Assembly (NCBI GenBank): GCA_951406725.2
Contig: OX597815.1
Span: 205,778,001-205,842,000 of the forward strand
Length of the DNA: 64,000 nt
DNA from: Octopus vulgaris
Lineage: Eukaryota
Direction: 5' to 3'
The position numbers were made by a program, and so were the translations under genes. Under the pieces are notes generated by a model. It ran no database searches and was not told where the DNA came from. It was given only the letters and a program-made list of their open reading frames with translations. This document shows positions 1-12,919 of this stretch, in pieces (the stretch's first letter is position 1; each line of letters opens with the position of its first letter).

Positions 1-762
1 TTCAGGATGGTCATTTTTTACTTTTTGCTAAATAAACATACACTATATACTCATCCTTCACTTCAGCTTCATTATTCTACCTATTTTAGTATTCTTTGTC
101 TGAACTCTTTCATCACACCTCCTGTGACCTCTTCCACAACTCTCCATGGTGTGTATCCTTATCTCTGTGTGTGTGTCTATGTGTTTAGTATGTGTGTTGT
201 GTGTGTGTAAATGGGTTTGCTTACTATATTGTTTGTACCCATGTTTTATTTAGTCTTATTTGTTTATTTACTTTCTTTTGTCATTCCTCAAGTATGTGTG
301 TGTGTGTGTGTGTGTGTGTATGGGTTTATGTATTACACTGTATCTGCCTTTTTTCTTCTCTCATTCTGTCTTTAATCATGTTGTGTAGTATGGTGGAAGG
401 GTGAATAAAGCTGAAGCAACAAACAAATATATATAGTGTATTTGGTTATTTAGTAAATAACAACCCCCTCCTCCAAGAAAAAATTAACCATCCCGAAATA
501 TATGTTTCAACACACAATTCACACCAGGAGTCTTCCAAAACAAATACATAAATGTAAATATTTACTTTTTTAACCCCCAAAAATTTAATTGCTTGGTTCC
601 TAATTTTATAAAATAGTACACAACCAGTTATTCCTCCAAATCACCAAAGAACAGTTATCATCAATGGCAAAAAATTAAAAACAAACATTAATTTCAGATG
701 CTTAGAAAACCAATATTAAATATCAATTTATACTGGTATGAAATTAAAAAGTTAAAAAGCTA

Positions 763-1052
763 CATCATCATCATCATCATCGTTTAGCGTCCGCTTTCCG
801 TGCTAGCATGGGTTGGACGGTTCAACTGGGGTCTGTGAAGCCAGAAGGCTGCACCAGGCCCAGTCTGATCTGGCAATGTTTCTACAGCTGGATGCCCTTC
901 CTAACGCCAACCACTCCGTGAGTGTAGTGGGTGCTTTTTACGAGCCACCGGCACAGGTGCCAGACGAGTCTGGCAAACGGTCACGATTGGATGGTGCTTT
1001 TTATGTGCTACCGGCACGGAGGCTGGCAACGACCACGAACGGATGGTGCTTA
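763..1052 (-). mobile_element. 5'-truncated RTE LINE 3' end with (ATG)n tail
   Basis: (CAT)n on + strand followed by the family body shared with more than 12 other copies. Longer copies (51723-52268, 44865-45180) run into the RTE ORF end. Confidence 0.8.
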
Positions 1053-1096
1053 CAAATAAGAAGCTACTCTACAAAAGATTCTTTTTAAAGAAGAGA

Positions 1097-1219
1097 ATCA
1101 TCATCATCATCATCATTTAACGTCCGCTTTCCAAGCTAGCATGGGTTGGACGATTTGACTGATGACTGGCGAACCAGATGGCTGCGCCAGGCTCCAGTCT
1201 GATCTGGCAGAGTTTCTGT
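1097..1219 (-). mobile_element. Short RTE 3' end fragment
   Basis: (CAT)n plus ttaacgtccgctttcc...gatctggcagagtttct. Confidence 0.75.
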
Positions 1220-1834
1220 AAATATATGTTTTTCCTACTAAGATTATTAGAGCAACATTATCAAAAATAAATAATTCGATATCTACTCATCATGTAATAG
1301 TTATATTTGAACCTCTTATCTATCAGTTCTAATAAAACCACTAATTTTAAAATTCATAAAGAAAATTCTATTTAACTTTCATATAACACTAAAGACAGTC
1401 GCTACTGAGTTTATATGCAGTTGCTCAACTGGCTGGAAATAGCAACTGAATCATTGAAATTACCAAGATTATGTGATCCAATGTGTACTGCAGCAAAACG
1501 AGAGGACAAGATGGTCATGACTGACCTGAGACTAAACATCATCATAGATTTAAGTTATACTTTGTAACTGTACATTTTAAATATTTCCTTAATTCAGGAT
1601 TAACAAATTTGAAAGCAATTCAGATTTTTACTTTTGTGCAAGAGGCTGGCAAAAAGGTCTTCTAAGAGATACTATACAAAACAACTAGATTCACACAAAA
1701 ACAAGGTTATCTTTTGCATTAGTTTGCATTCATCCAGAGTAAAATAAAATTGAAATATTGATATTTTTTTTATTGCTTTAAAATTCTTCCCCAGCACAAC
1801 TGAAGTTAAAACTCTAATTCAGAATTTGACTTAC

Positions 1835-1911
1835 CTGAGAGCATGTACACAATATATGGCTCGTGGTACATTTTTCTTATCATAGATGTCAGTGGTTTCA
1901 GGATAAAATAT
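1835..1911 (-). CDS. IQGAP: IQGAP coding exon; IFYPETTDIYDKKNVPRAIYCVHALS
   Basis: IFYPETTDIYDxKNxPRxIYCxHALS motif. Acceptor ttccag, donor gtaagt, 77 bp. The gene continues beyond position 1. Confidence 0.95.
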
Positions 1912-2535
1912 CTGGAATTGAGAGAAAAAGTGTTATAGAATATTTTAACAAAAAATACTATCTTATCAAAATATTCAAATTATTCTGCGAAGTGTAGCAT
2001 TTGTTTTTCTAGTCTATGTATCAAAGCACACAAAGTTTTCCACATATTTTACATATATTATCTTCATTTTGAATATCAACTTTTTTTTAGATAGGTAGTA
2101 TTCTGCATAACTTGTAAAATCACATCCTATTTTGCATAAAGAAAAAGGTAAAGAAGAAAGCGTAATCAAAACTGAAGTAAGTAGAAAGACAGAACAGTGG
2201 TGGGTGAAAGAAAGGAGAGAGCATGATGAATGAAAGGGAAATATAGAAGGATGTGATGACACTGTCAAAAAAAAGGAATGGGACTAGGGTAATAATGGTC
2301 TTGAATTGTCTGCTAACATGCAATAGTCAATGAAAGAACCAGTCACAACTAAGTTATGAAAAGGTTCAATTATATGCAATAGTTATCAAAAAATCTGAGA
2401 TGCAAATTTATTTTTAGAGTATCATCCTTTTATGAAAGGGCTCACACAAAGACAAATTCAAGAACGCTGGCATATATGGCATTCACTAATACAAAGTAGC
2501 ACGAAAGAACCACTTATAACATTAGACATCATTTA

Positions 2536-3105
2536 TAGTAATCCCTCGACCATCGCAGGTGTTACATTCTAAAACCCTTGTGATAAGTGAAAATCCAAAG
2601 TAGAAACAGTACTGTATATTTTTTTATTATTTTTATAATTTGTATCCTCTGAGTGAAAAGTCTGGCTGCATACACGTTAGCATATGTCAGGTGCATACAA
2701 TTGACAACACACTTAATAAAGATTTATTCAGTGAGTTCTATTCAACACATGTTTACACGTGGAATTAGCAGAATCATTATTAACTTTAGATGGCTTGCCA
2801 ATAAAGTTGAACTGGAAATCCCTACAACGAGGCATGAATTGCACGAAGCCGTCTTGCAGTCTTGGGATGAGCTATCTGAGCAGAAAATTCATGGATGTAT
2901 TCAACATCAAACTCGTGTTCGGCGTCAAATAGTTGACTGTCGTGGTGGTAGCAGATTCGTGTAATAAATTTTGTGTTTATTTTTGTTTCATAATATATAT
3001 TTTTTCAGATGCATATAAATGAAAAAAACAACACCATTGGAGAATGGATGTAACCTTAAATAATAAACCACGATAGGTGAATCGCGATATGGTGAGGGAT
3101 TACTG
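2536..3105. mobile_element. pogo/Tigger-like MITE carrying a ~345-bp internal insert
   Basis: TIRs (c/t)agtaatccctcg...gagggattactg; homologous to 4627-4849 apart from the insert. Confidence 0.7.
2790..2964 (+). pseudogene. Tc1-like transposase C-terminal fragment
   Basis: ELHEAVLQSWDELSEQKIHGCIQHQTRVRRQIVDCRGG resembles the Tc1 C-terminus (W..I....I...I...R...V...GG). Confidence 0.55.
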
Positions 3106-4035
3106 CACATAACTTTTTCCCCTCCTAGATAACCATGACCCTTGATAAAAACTAAACTGCAGTTTACCTCTAACAGTACCAACAAAAAGTCATTTTAAAT
3201 GCTATTATCTTAAAATTGTGGAGTTTACAATAAAAATTATACAAGCAATTTTGGATTAAAATCTACTTTATAGTAAAATTAAGAATATATGTGTATGCAT
3301 GCACATGTCTATGTCATTCTGACCTGTTTATTAGACAGCACCCTCCCACATGTCAGTGCCCACTAAACACTACAAAGCTTGAACTACTTTTGGCCTATTT
3401 CTCACTTCCAAACCCAATATGACCAGCCATTCTGGTCTCTCCCACAACTAAAAACAATGTCTAATAATTGCCTAATCAAGCCAACCCGTATAACATCCTA
3501 ACACACAACAAGCCCCATACTTCACAAATCATCTTGTAGTTCAAGTATGCTTACTCATCTCTCTCTCTCTTCTCAGTAACAGTTTCCATAGAGCCAAATC
3601 TACTGGCTTTATGGGGACTTCAATGAAACCAATTATTTTTCTATTGCATCAATAAAATCTTTGAATGTCATGAGAATCTCCTTGTACAACGACCCAAATC
3701 TTATCTATAATGCAGCCTAACTGTTTGACTCTTTCTGTGCTTGAATGGGATGTTTGCTCTTCCCCATGCCACACCCATAGTAATGACACTGTTCTCTAAT
3801 TTCTGCAAACATATCATCCTTTTACCAGTTTTGCACTGCTTTTGAACAGAAAGCTCAAAAACATCTTCCAGTGGAGACATGGCAGGTTATAGCTTCAAGA
3901 TCACTTGGACATAATCACTGTGAATACCAAGAAACCAGTCATGCACAACATTCTCCTTATGTAGCAACACCATTAAAAACTCTTGAAATTGCTGTAAATG
4001 TTAGATCTCATTATCTGATAACCTTTCATAACTCC

Positions 4036-4071
<36 letters not shown>

Positions 4072-4626
4072 CATTGCTAAAACAACAACCAGGTCACTAG
4101 GTCTCCTCTTGAAGTTCAGGAAATATTTCAGCACTAATTAGTTGCTCACTCACTAACAAAGCTGAAATATAACTATATTAGAGTGTTGCCAACACATCTG
4201 GGATATTGCTTGTACTAATGGAGCATTATTAACAAGCCTAGGATAGTGGTTGTGCTTTATACACACACACACACACATACATACACAAATATTGAAGTGG
4301 TGTTAACATAGTGATTACACTATACAGATAACATTCTACACAACATAAAAAAAAAACCAAAAAAACAAAAAAACTTCAGCTGATTGGCAAATGTTCACAA
4401 ATTCACTTCAATCTGAGTTGTCCATCTCTTTTACCATTACTACAAAAACCTCTGCCCCTGAGAGCTATTAAAAAAGTTTTATTATCATTTAATGTTATTG
4501 TAGTTTGTATTTTCTTATCTGGACTGTGTAATTAAAAAATCCACTTTGGACTAGCATAAAGGTTCAGTTCCTCCCCTGTGTGGATGTTGTCAACTGGCAT
4601 CGACTATAGCCATGGATTGACCAATA

Positions 4627-4849
4627 CAGTAATCCCTTGACTATCATGGGCATTATGTCCGAAAACCCCCTGCGATAGGTGAAAATCTGAAGTAGAAACA
4701 GCACTGTACAGTATATATTTTTTTTTATTATTCTTATAATTTGTATATATTTATTTTATTATAAATGCAATACAACACTACGGAGGAATTGACATAAGCT
4801 TAAATAATAAACTGTGATAGGTGACCTGTGATACAGTGATGGATTACTG
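4627..4849. mobile_element. pogo/Tigger-like MITE
   Basis: TA|cagtaatccc...ggattactg|TA: TIRs plus TA target duplication. Confidence 0.8.
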
Positions 4850-4930
4850 TACCTTGTAAGTGAATTCAATAGGTGGAAGCTAGAAGAAGCCAACCACATT
4901 GGTGTGTGTGCATGAAAATGAGTGCATATG

Positions 4931-5438
4931 TTAGTTAGTTAGTTAATTTTTTGGCTAAAAAAGCAAAAAAGCAAGGCCATGTAGGGGGACATGGAGTTAT
5001 GTACAGGGTGGTGTTCATGTAAAGAGTTCAGGCCACTTGTGGTCAAGGGAGACTTTGAACCGAGCGGTCGTCGGCATCTTCATCTCGTCCAGCAGCTTAT
5101 TCCACGGATCCGCAACCCGGACGGACAAAGCCCCTCTCCTTCGATTGAGATGAAATCGTCGCAGATAGAGCTTTTCGGAATGACCCCGCAGCCGACACTC
5201 TGGAGCAGGAGTGAAGAACAGCTCTTTCGAGAGGTTACACCTTCCACTTATGATGTTGTGAGCAAGAATGAGATCACCACGGCGTCGTCGTTTTTCTAGA
5301 GAATAAAGGTCGAGTGTCTTCAGCCTTTCTTCATAAGATAAATTCTTGAGACCAAGAACCATGCGGGTAGCCAGCTTCTGGACTCTTTTGAGATGCTGTA
5401 TGTCTTTGAGGAGATAAGGAGAAGAGGCTTGAATCCCG
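4931..5438 (-). mobile_element. CR1-clade LINE 3' fragment
   Basis: ORF2 C-terminus SPYLLKDIQHLKRVQKLATRMV...LSYEERLKTLDLYSLEKRRRRGDLI; (AACT)n tail; candidate TSD atatg. Confidence 0.88.
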
Positions 5439-5563
5439 ATATGTGCATTGATTATAAACAAAACTTCAAATAGTATCATTTATTTGAAATCTACCAGAAA
5501 AATATGTCTAGCTTTCATCACAAGTCTTGTGGCACTAGCTTAATATTACTTTCATGTGTGTAT

Positions 5564-5722
5564 TATCATCATCATCGTTTAACGTCCGTTTTCCATGCTA
5601 GCATGGGTTGGACGGTTCGACCGAGGTCTGGGAAGCCAGTAGGCTGCACCAGGCTCCAGTCTGATCTGGCAGTGTTTCTACAAGCTGGATGCCCTTCCTA
5701 ACACCAACCACTCCGTGAGTGT
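5564..5722 (-). mobile_element. RTE 3' end fragment
   Basis: (CAT)n plus family body. Confidence 0.8.
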
Positions 5723-6208
5723 ATGTTGATTATAAACAAAACTTCACAATTCACACAGTCATTTCTTTGCAGTCCCTTTGCAAAAGCATGTCTGAGATGT
5801 TCATTGCCTGATAAACTGAGGGAATCATTACCTGGCTTGGAAACAAGGTGAAGGCTGACATCAAGAACAATATCCAGTTACAGAAAATTTTGTCTCAAAG
5901 AAGTCTCATCTAACCCATGCAAGCATGGAAAAGCAGACGTTACAACAATGATGTAATGCATCACCTTTGCCCGAGTCCACCCAATGAATTTAATGCTCCC
6001 CATCCAACCTTTTTACTGGGCCTCACCCTTCAAGCCATTTTTGTTGTGATAATCCTTCTCTCCAGAATTACTGCTGTCTAGAATTCTCACTCTGCCGGTC
6101 TTTCTTCAACGACATTGTCATAAGTTCTCATTGAACATCAACAGCCTGGATGAATGTAGTCCAAGTGAAGGTGGAATGCAAGTTACAGGTACTTGTGGTG
6201 GAACTATT

Positions 6209-6693
6209 GAGAGAGAGAGAGAGAGTGCGAGAAAGAGAGTGGGAGTGAGAAAGAGAGTGGGAGTGAGAAAGAGTGGGAGTGAGAAAGAGAGAGAGCGTGA
6301 GAAAGAGAGAGAGCGTGAGAAAGAGAGAAAGAGAGGGAGAAAGAGAGAAAGAGAGGGAGAGAGAAAGAGAGAGAGAGAGCGCGAGAAAGAGAGAGAGAGT
6401 GCAAGAGAAAGAGGGGGAGAGTGCAAGAGAAAGAGAGGGAGAGAAAGAGAGGGAGAGACAGAAAGAAAGAACGAGAGAAAGAGCACGAGAGAAGGAAAGA
6501 GCAAGAGAGAGGGAAAGAGCAAGAGAGAGGGAAAGAGCACGAGAGAGGGAAAGAGCACGAGAGAGGGAAAGAGCACGAGAGAGGGAAAGAGCACGAGAGA
6601 GGGAAAGAGCAAGAGAGAGGGAAAGAGCAAGAGAGAGGGAAAGAGCAAGAGAGAGGGAAAGAGAGGGGGGAAAGGGAGAGAGGGAGAGAGAGG
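6209..6693. repeat. Purine-rich compound microsatellite with 18-bp higher-order units (gagagagggaaagagcac/a)
   Basis: Direct reading; source of the spurious ER/RE ORFs. Confidence 0.95.
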
Positions 6694-7510
6694 GACCAAC
6701 TGACAGGAGGATTTGAGAAGAGGTAGATATAAACTCCCTAATCGAAATTCTGAGCCTTACAGATCACAAGGCTGAACAATAGGATACTGCAGATCTTTCT
6801 AACCTAAACCAACTTGGTAAAAACAGAGGTTAATATATTGAGTGATTACAACAGGTTACTAATGTTAATACAAAATCTGTAGTAATTGTGGCACTAGCTT
6901 AATATTACTTTCATGTATATTGTTTTCACGAATCTCTATTGGCTGTTAATCTTCAGAGAAATAAAACATAACTTTGGGGCTGCTCCGAACTGACCAAAAT
7001 AGAGTTAATTTAAACCATGATGTATTCTTGCACCTATTGAGTATTTATGTTTTGACTGAACAACTGGTTAGCTAAGTGCCAGCTGTATATCTAGAAAGAT
7101 TATGTACATGTATCTAAACACTAACAAATTTGTACTTTAGAAAACTGGACATCTGCAGTTCACAAACTAAACAGTAAAATCTAGTTTTTCCAGTTTCCCT
7201 TGACTGTGGTGATTTTCTTAAAGTTGTTTGGTGGGTTTTGAGGTAGAATAGCAAAGATGAGAAATTACACGAGATATCAAAGTAAGATAAAATTGCCAAG
7301 AAAGGAAAACAAAAACCGAGAGACCAACAAAAAAATAAAATAAATAGAAAAGCTAAATTTGTATTCTCAGTGATGTTAATTTTATTTCAGATGATGTTGA
7401 GATATTCGTCTAGTTCTTCATATTGGATTCATTATATGAAGCTGCTATAATTTTAGAAATTTCTTTTACACACAAAAAAAAAAAAAAAAAAAAAATCAAT
7501 CCAATCTTAA

Positions 7511-7702
7511 TTTACTCTTTCACTTGTTTCATTCTTTTGACTGCGGCCATGCTGGAGCACCACCTTTAATCGAGCAACTCGACCCCGGGACTTATTCTTT
7601 TGTAAGCCCAGTACTTATTCTATCGGTCTCTTTTGTAACGGGGACATAAACACACCAGCATCGGTTGTCAAGCAATGCTAGGGGGACAAACAAACACACA
7701 CA

Positions 7703-7738
<36 letters not shown>

Positions 7739-7899
7739 ACGGGCTTCTTTCAGTTTCCGTCTACCAAATCCACTGACAAGGTTTTGGTTGGCCTGAGGCT
7801 ATAGTAGAAGACACTTGCCCAAGGTGCCACGCAGTGGGACTGAACCTGGAACCATGTGGTTGGTAAACAAGCTACTTACCACGCAGCCACTCCTGCGCC
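7511..7899 (-). mobile_element. tRNA-derived SINE (family A)
   Basis: Head ggcgcaggagtggctg.gtggtaag...ggttcagtccc with A/B-box-like motifs, internal (TA)n/(TG)n, tail ...gaaacaagtaaaagag. Confidence 0.9.
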
Positions 7900-8482
7900 T
7901 TTTTTGTTTAACAAAAAAAAAAAAAAAAGCACAATGTGCAGATATAATAAATCTGCATGCTAAATCCGGTTTTGATTTCATTGGGAACAAAATCATTTTC
8001 AACTTCATTTGATTTTATGTTAGGACATCATTTGAAAACTGATTTCATTCTTAGAATTGTTAACTGTTTCGTGAATATAATTCTAACAGAATACCATTTT
8101 ATTTTTTAAATAATTGAAAATTTAAGGACTTAATAAAATAACTTTATATTTTAAAATACTTTTCTGCTGTTTAGAACAACATAAAAGATGTTCAATTAAA
8201 ATCTTACATTGTTTTCATGTCATAATGAGATTTTGTTTGAAATACTTTAATTAAATATCAACACTTAATTTGCCTTGTCTTTATCAGGATAGTATTGACG
8301 AAGTTAAAGAAATTATAAAAAGTGTTAATTTTTGCAAGATAAAGATAAATTGAAATTAATTGCAATATGACAAATGAATTAGAAGTGTTAGAAAAAAAAA
8401 AGTCTACATGTTTAAGTCCATCTGCTTCAGTGAGAATGAAATTGGCAAAAATTCAACGAATTACTGAGATAAGTTCCCTTAC

Positions 8483-8560
8483 CGAAGGAAGACCAATTTC
8501 TTCCATAGCAGTGAGCCAGTGGTTGATATTATCCGTATGTCTGAAATGGAGACCAGTGGC
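8483..8560 (-). CDS. IQGAP: IQGAP coding exon; ATGLHFRHTDNINHWLTAMEEIGLPS
   Basis: GLHFRHTDN motif of the IQGAP CH domain. Acceptor ttccttgcag, donor gtaagg, 78 bp, phase 0/0. Confidence 0.95.
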
Positions 8561-8905
8561 CTGCAAGGAAAAATATATTAATTAGCTAATTTGTAGATTT
8601 CCCAATTGGCAAGTTCTCAAACATTTTATAGACATCTATAAAAAAAGTTTATTAATAAATTAATGTGTTCATACATACACAAACTACAATGAAATACATA
8701 TGTTCATACCACACCATATGAACATAAGCATAAATATTAACAAGGTATCACCAAATCAGATGTGTGCAGGATATATTTCATTATTCGAAGTATTTGAAAT
8801 CCAGATAGAAATAGATCAGTAATATATTTGCAATGAAGTTTAATGACCTCTAACTTTCTTTTCCAGTTTCCATAACAAATTTTCCTCATCACTATCATCA
8901 CCATT

Positions 8906-9096
8906 TAACCCTTTAGTATTCAGTTCTGAATTAATCTTTGATTATCTTGTAGCTTTGCGATTTACATGATCTGAATGTTATTTTTAAAATGTCATTGTAG
9001 GACGGATGGGAGAAGCTGGATCTGGCCTGTTTGAACTTGAAATAGGTAAAAAAAAAAATTTGGCCAGATATGGCTGGTTTAAATGCTAACGGGTTA
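8906..9096. mobile_element. TTAA-flanked (piggyBac-like) MITE family 2, degraded
   Basis: ttaaccctttagtattcag...aatgctaacgggtta; homologous to the copies at 25484, 37588, 42645, 48758 and 54472. Confidence 0.65.
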
Positions 9097-9517
9097 CTGC
9101 TCACTTTTTCATGCTTGCATTGGTCACATATTGAAGCAAATTTTCTATAACCAGATGCCCCACTTGATGCCAATCCTTACTAGCTTTCAAGCAAAGTAAT
9201 CTTACTCCATGATCAGACAGGTTTCAGGAAAGATTAGAGAAGGACACCTCTTGTATGATGTTAATGCTTGTTTATAACTATCATGTGATATCAAAACAAG
9301 AAAACACATACACTTAGACACCCATTTACTACATACATGATGGGCTTCTTTCAGTTTCTATCTACCAAAATCCACTTACAAGATGGCCATCCTGGGGCTA
9401 TAGTAGAAGACACTTGCCTAAGGCACCACACAGTGGTATTGAACCTGTAACTACATGAATGGGAATTGATTGTAACCATACAGCCATACACACGTGCATA
9501 CACAGTTGGTCTTAATG

Positions 9518-9920
9518 TACTCTCTCTTTTACTCTTTTTACTCTTTTACTTGTTTCAGTCATTTGACTGCGGCCATGCTGGAGCACCGCCTTTAGTTGAG
9601 CAAATCGACCCCGGGACTTATTCTTTGTAAGCCCAGTACTTATTCTATCGGTCTCTTTTGCCGAACCGCTAAGTGACGGGGACGTAAACACACCAGCATC
9701 GGTTGTCAAGCAATGCTAGGGGGACAAACACAGACACACACATATATATACATATACAACAGGCTTCTTTCAGTTTCCGTCTACCAAATCCACTCACAAG
9801 GCATTGGTCGGCCCGGGGCTATAGCCGAAGACACTTGCCCAAGATGCCACGCAGTGGGACTGAACCCGGAACCATGTGGTTGGTTAGCAAGCTACTTACC
9901 ACACAGCCACTCCTGCGCCT
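9518..9920 (-). mobile_element. tRNA-derived SINE (family A), full length
   Basis: Near-identical to the other family A copies. Confidence 0.92.
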
Positions 9921-10382
9921 CATCTCCCTCTCCATCTCTCTCTCAAACCTCAGCACAGCTTCCACCCACATCCCCACAACTAACATTAAGCCTTCCTTTG
10001 ACCCTAAGTCTTCCCATTGACTGCTACAGGTCAGAGATTCTAAGATAACTGGTCTACTGCCCTACCATTCATACAGCCAACCATCCAGATTATCTTAGTT
10101 GAAGTAGCCATTTGAACAGACAATTGAACAAGCAATCAATATTTTCTCAAATATTTGATAATGATATTTTTTTTTTTAATTTAAAAAACTAGCAAAAGCC
10201 ATTCACAATAAAAATAGCAAAGATAGTATTAAAAATATGAAAATGAAATTTTAAAAAAAATATGCATTATCTAAATTGCTAAGAGACCTGAATCACCCAC
10301 AAATATATAACACCAAGAAAATTATACATGTTTTGAGTTCTGATTTCTTCGCATCATCCAACATATGCATACATTATATACA

Positions 10383-10418
<36 letters not shown>

Positions 10419-10611
10419 GGATTGTTCAAGAGTCCCTTTAGTTTTTATATGATACATAATTTTTTAATTTTCATACAATTTTATACACATTACAAATTAG
10501 CATCAAAGACAACTAGATAAGGAACTGGACTCCGGTGTGTTGTGCTGTGAGTATGTGAAAAAATGCTTTGAATAGAAAGATAAAGCTTTTGTTTAAATCT
10601 CTAAGATTCCT

Positions 10612-11040
10612 CATCATCATCGTTTAGCGTCCGCTTTCCATGCTAGCATAGGCTGGACGGTTCAACTGGGGTCTGGAAAGCCAGAAGGCTGCACCAGGCC
10701 AAGTTTGATCTGGCAATGTTTCTACAGCTGGATTCCCTTCCTAACGCCAACCACTCCATGAGTGTAGTGGGTGCTTTTTACGTGCCAGACGAGTCTGGCA
10801 AACGGCCACGATTGGATGGTGCTTTTCATGTGCTACCGGCACGGGGGCCAGGCGAGGCTGGCAATGGCCACGAACAGATGGTGCTTTTTACGTGCCACCG
10901 GCATGAGGCCAGTCGGGGCAGCGCTGGCAACGGCCACGAACGGATGGTGCTTTTTACGTGCCACCGGCACGAGACCAGTCGGGGCTGTGCTGGCAATGGC
11001 CACGTTCGGATGGTTCTCTTACGTGCCACCGGCATTGGTA
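10612..11040 (-). mobile_element. RTE 3' end with several internal tandem units
   Basis: (CAT)n tail; repeated ggtgctttttacgtgccaccggcac units. Confidence 0.82.
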
Positions 11041-11616
11041 ACTCAGCTCAATAGCCAAAATTAGCAAGATATAGGACACCAAGTTTCTATATCAAATGAA
11101 CATTTTATATTTATCCCTAAACAAAGCTATGTTTAGTTAGACTTTCAAGGTAGTTAATGAAATAATTACTAATATCTTTAATATAATTTTTCCAAGATTA
11201 AATTGCTAAATTTATTTTGGGAAAACTGTTGGCTATTATTATGGCAATATTTACTGTAAGAAATAATTATTTCCAAATTGCTTGTTAAAACATTGCAATT
11301 AGTAAAATAACTAACTAAATAAATAAATAAAACATGACAGTTTTCAAAATCTAATTTTTGAAAATAAAATGATTCAAGTAAAAAATACAAAACAATTTTA
11401 CAGGTTCTTTAAAGCAACATCATCTAAGCTAGTGTTAAAAATTCCTGTCCAAAGCATCCTCAATATACTTATGTTTGATCTACACACATAAAAAAAAAAA
11501 AAGCTTAAATGTTCACTCTTTTAAATTGTTTATTGTTCTATTTTTAAATCATATTATGTTGGGGTAGAATATTTTTCTTAGAGACTTCAAAACCACCTTC
11601 AACACATTTGCTTACA

Positions 11617-12021
11617 TTCTCTTTTACTCTTTTACTTGTTTCAGTCATTTGACTGCGGCCATGCTGCAGCACCGCCTTTAATCGAGCAACTCGACCCCGG
11701 GACTTATTCTTTTTGTAAGCCCAGTACTTATTCTATCGGTCTCTTTTGCCGAACCGCTAAGTGACGGGGACATAAACATACCAGCATCAGTTGTCAAGCA
11801 ATGCTAGGGGGACAAACACAGACACACAAACACACATACATATACATATATATATATACATATATACGACAGGCTTCTTTCAGTTTCCGTCTACCAAATC
11901 CACTCACAAGGCATTGGTCGGCCCGGGGCTATAGCAGAAGACACTTGCCCAAGATGTCACGCAGTGGGACTGAACCCGGAAACATGTGGTTGGTTAGCAA
12001 GCTACTTACCACACAGCCACA
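11617..12021 (-). mobile_element. tRNA-derived SINE (family A)
   Basis: Family sequence match. Confidence 0.92.
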
Positions 12022-12712
12022 CTAAACTTATGTAAACAAAGAAAGCAAATTCAGAATACTTCAAATTCAGAATACTTAAGTACAAAACCAATAACATTTA
12101 AGCCTTAACTTACACAACATTAAATTAAGCATCACTTTAAAACCTTTAACTGCAAAATTAAATCCCATGGCTATTCTAGTACTGATGTTAAATATCTATA
12201 AAAAAAAATAGAACTGGTATTTTCTGCAAGTTACATTGCCTCAATAAGCTTGACATATTTCAATAATAAACAGTTTCAAACAGGATACTACTCATTGAAA
12301 TAAAGCTTGGTGTATAAACTACTTTCTGCAATTAGGGGCAACGAGATGCATCCTCTCAAAAGAGAGGATGCATCTGATTTTTGAAGTCAAATGGTTAAAC
12401 TCTAAAACACTATTTTACAATGCTGAACTGAAACAGTTCCCACAAACTTTATTCTTTTACAGAAATCACTTCACAATCCCTAAAAGAAAATGGAATGTCT
12501 TTTGCAAGTCTCAAATTGTTCTTACATAATCTAAACTTAGAAACTACATCAGTATGATGGATCTGTGAAATCAACCAATTTTATGAGACAATCCTGCTTG
12601 AGCACTTCTACCAAACCACATTTGTGTTGACTATTTCATTTTTGAAATACAAATCTAAATTTACTAATGCAAAGACATAAGAATGGTTTCATAATAATAA
12701 TAATAATAATAA

Positions 12713-12919
12713 TCATCGTTTAATGTTCGCTTTCCATACTAGCATGGGTTGGACGATTTGACTGAGGACTGGTGGACCAGATGGCTGCACCATGCTCCAA
12801 TCTTGATTTGGCAGAGTTTCTACAGCTGGATGCCCTTCCTAACGCCAACCACTCCAAGAGTGTAGTGGATGCTTTTACGTGCCACCGGCACGAGGGCCAG
12901 TCAGGCGGTACTGGCAACG
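12713..12919 (-). mobile_element. RTE 3' end fragment
   Basis: Family body flanked on both sides by (AAT)n. Confidence 0.78.

Noticed and set aside
813-1088. Recurrent MDGSTGV...LDALPNANHS and MLGGQTQT...RQASFSFRLPNP ORFs resembling a gene family
   Set aside because: Antisense translations of RTE 3' UTRs and SINEs.
3560-3760. Possible RT relic (VVQGDS on the minus strand)
   Set aside because: A single short motif, too degraded to assign.
6118-6726. Long ER/RE- and SL-rich ORFs (also 28036-28739 and 56215-57521)
   Set aside because: Translations of GA/CT microsatellites, open in several frames at once.
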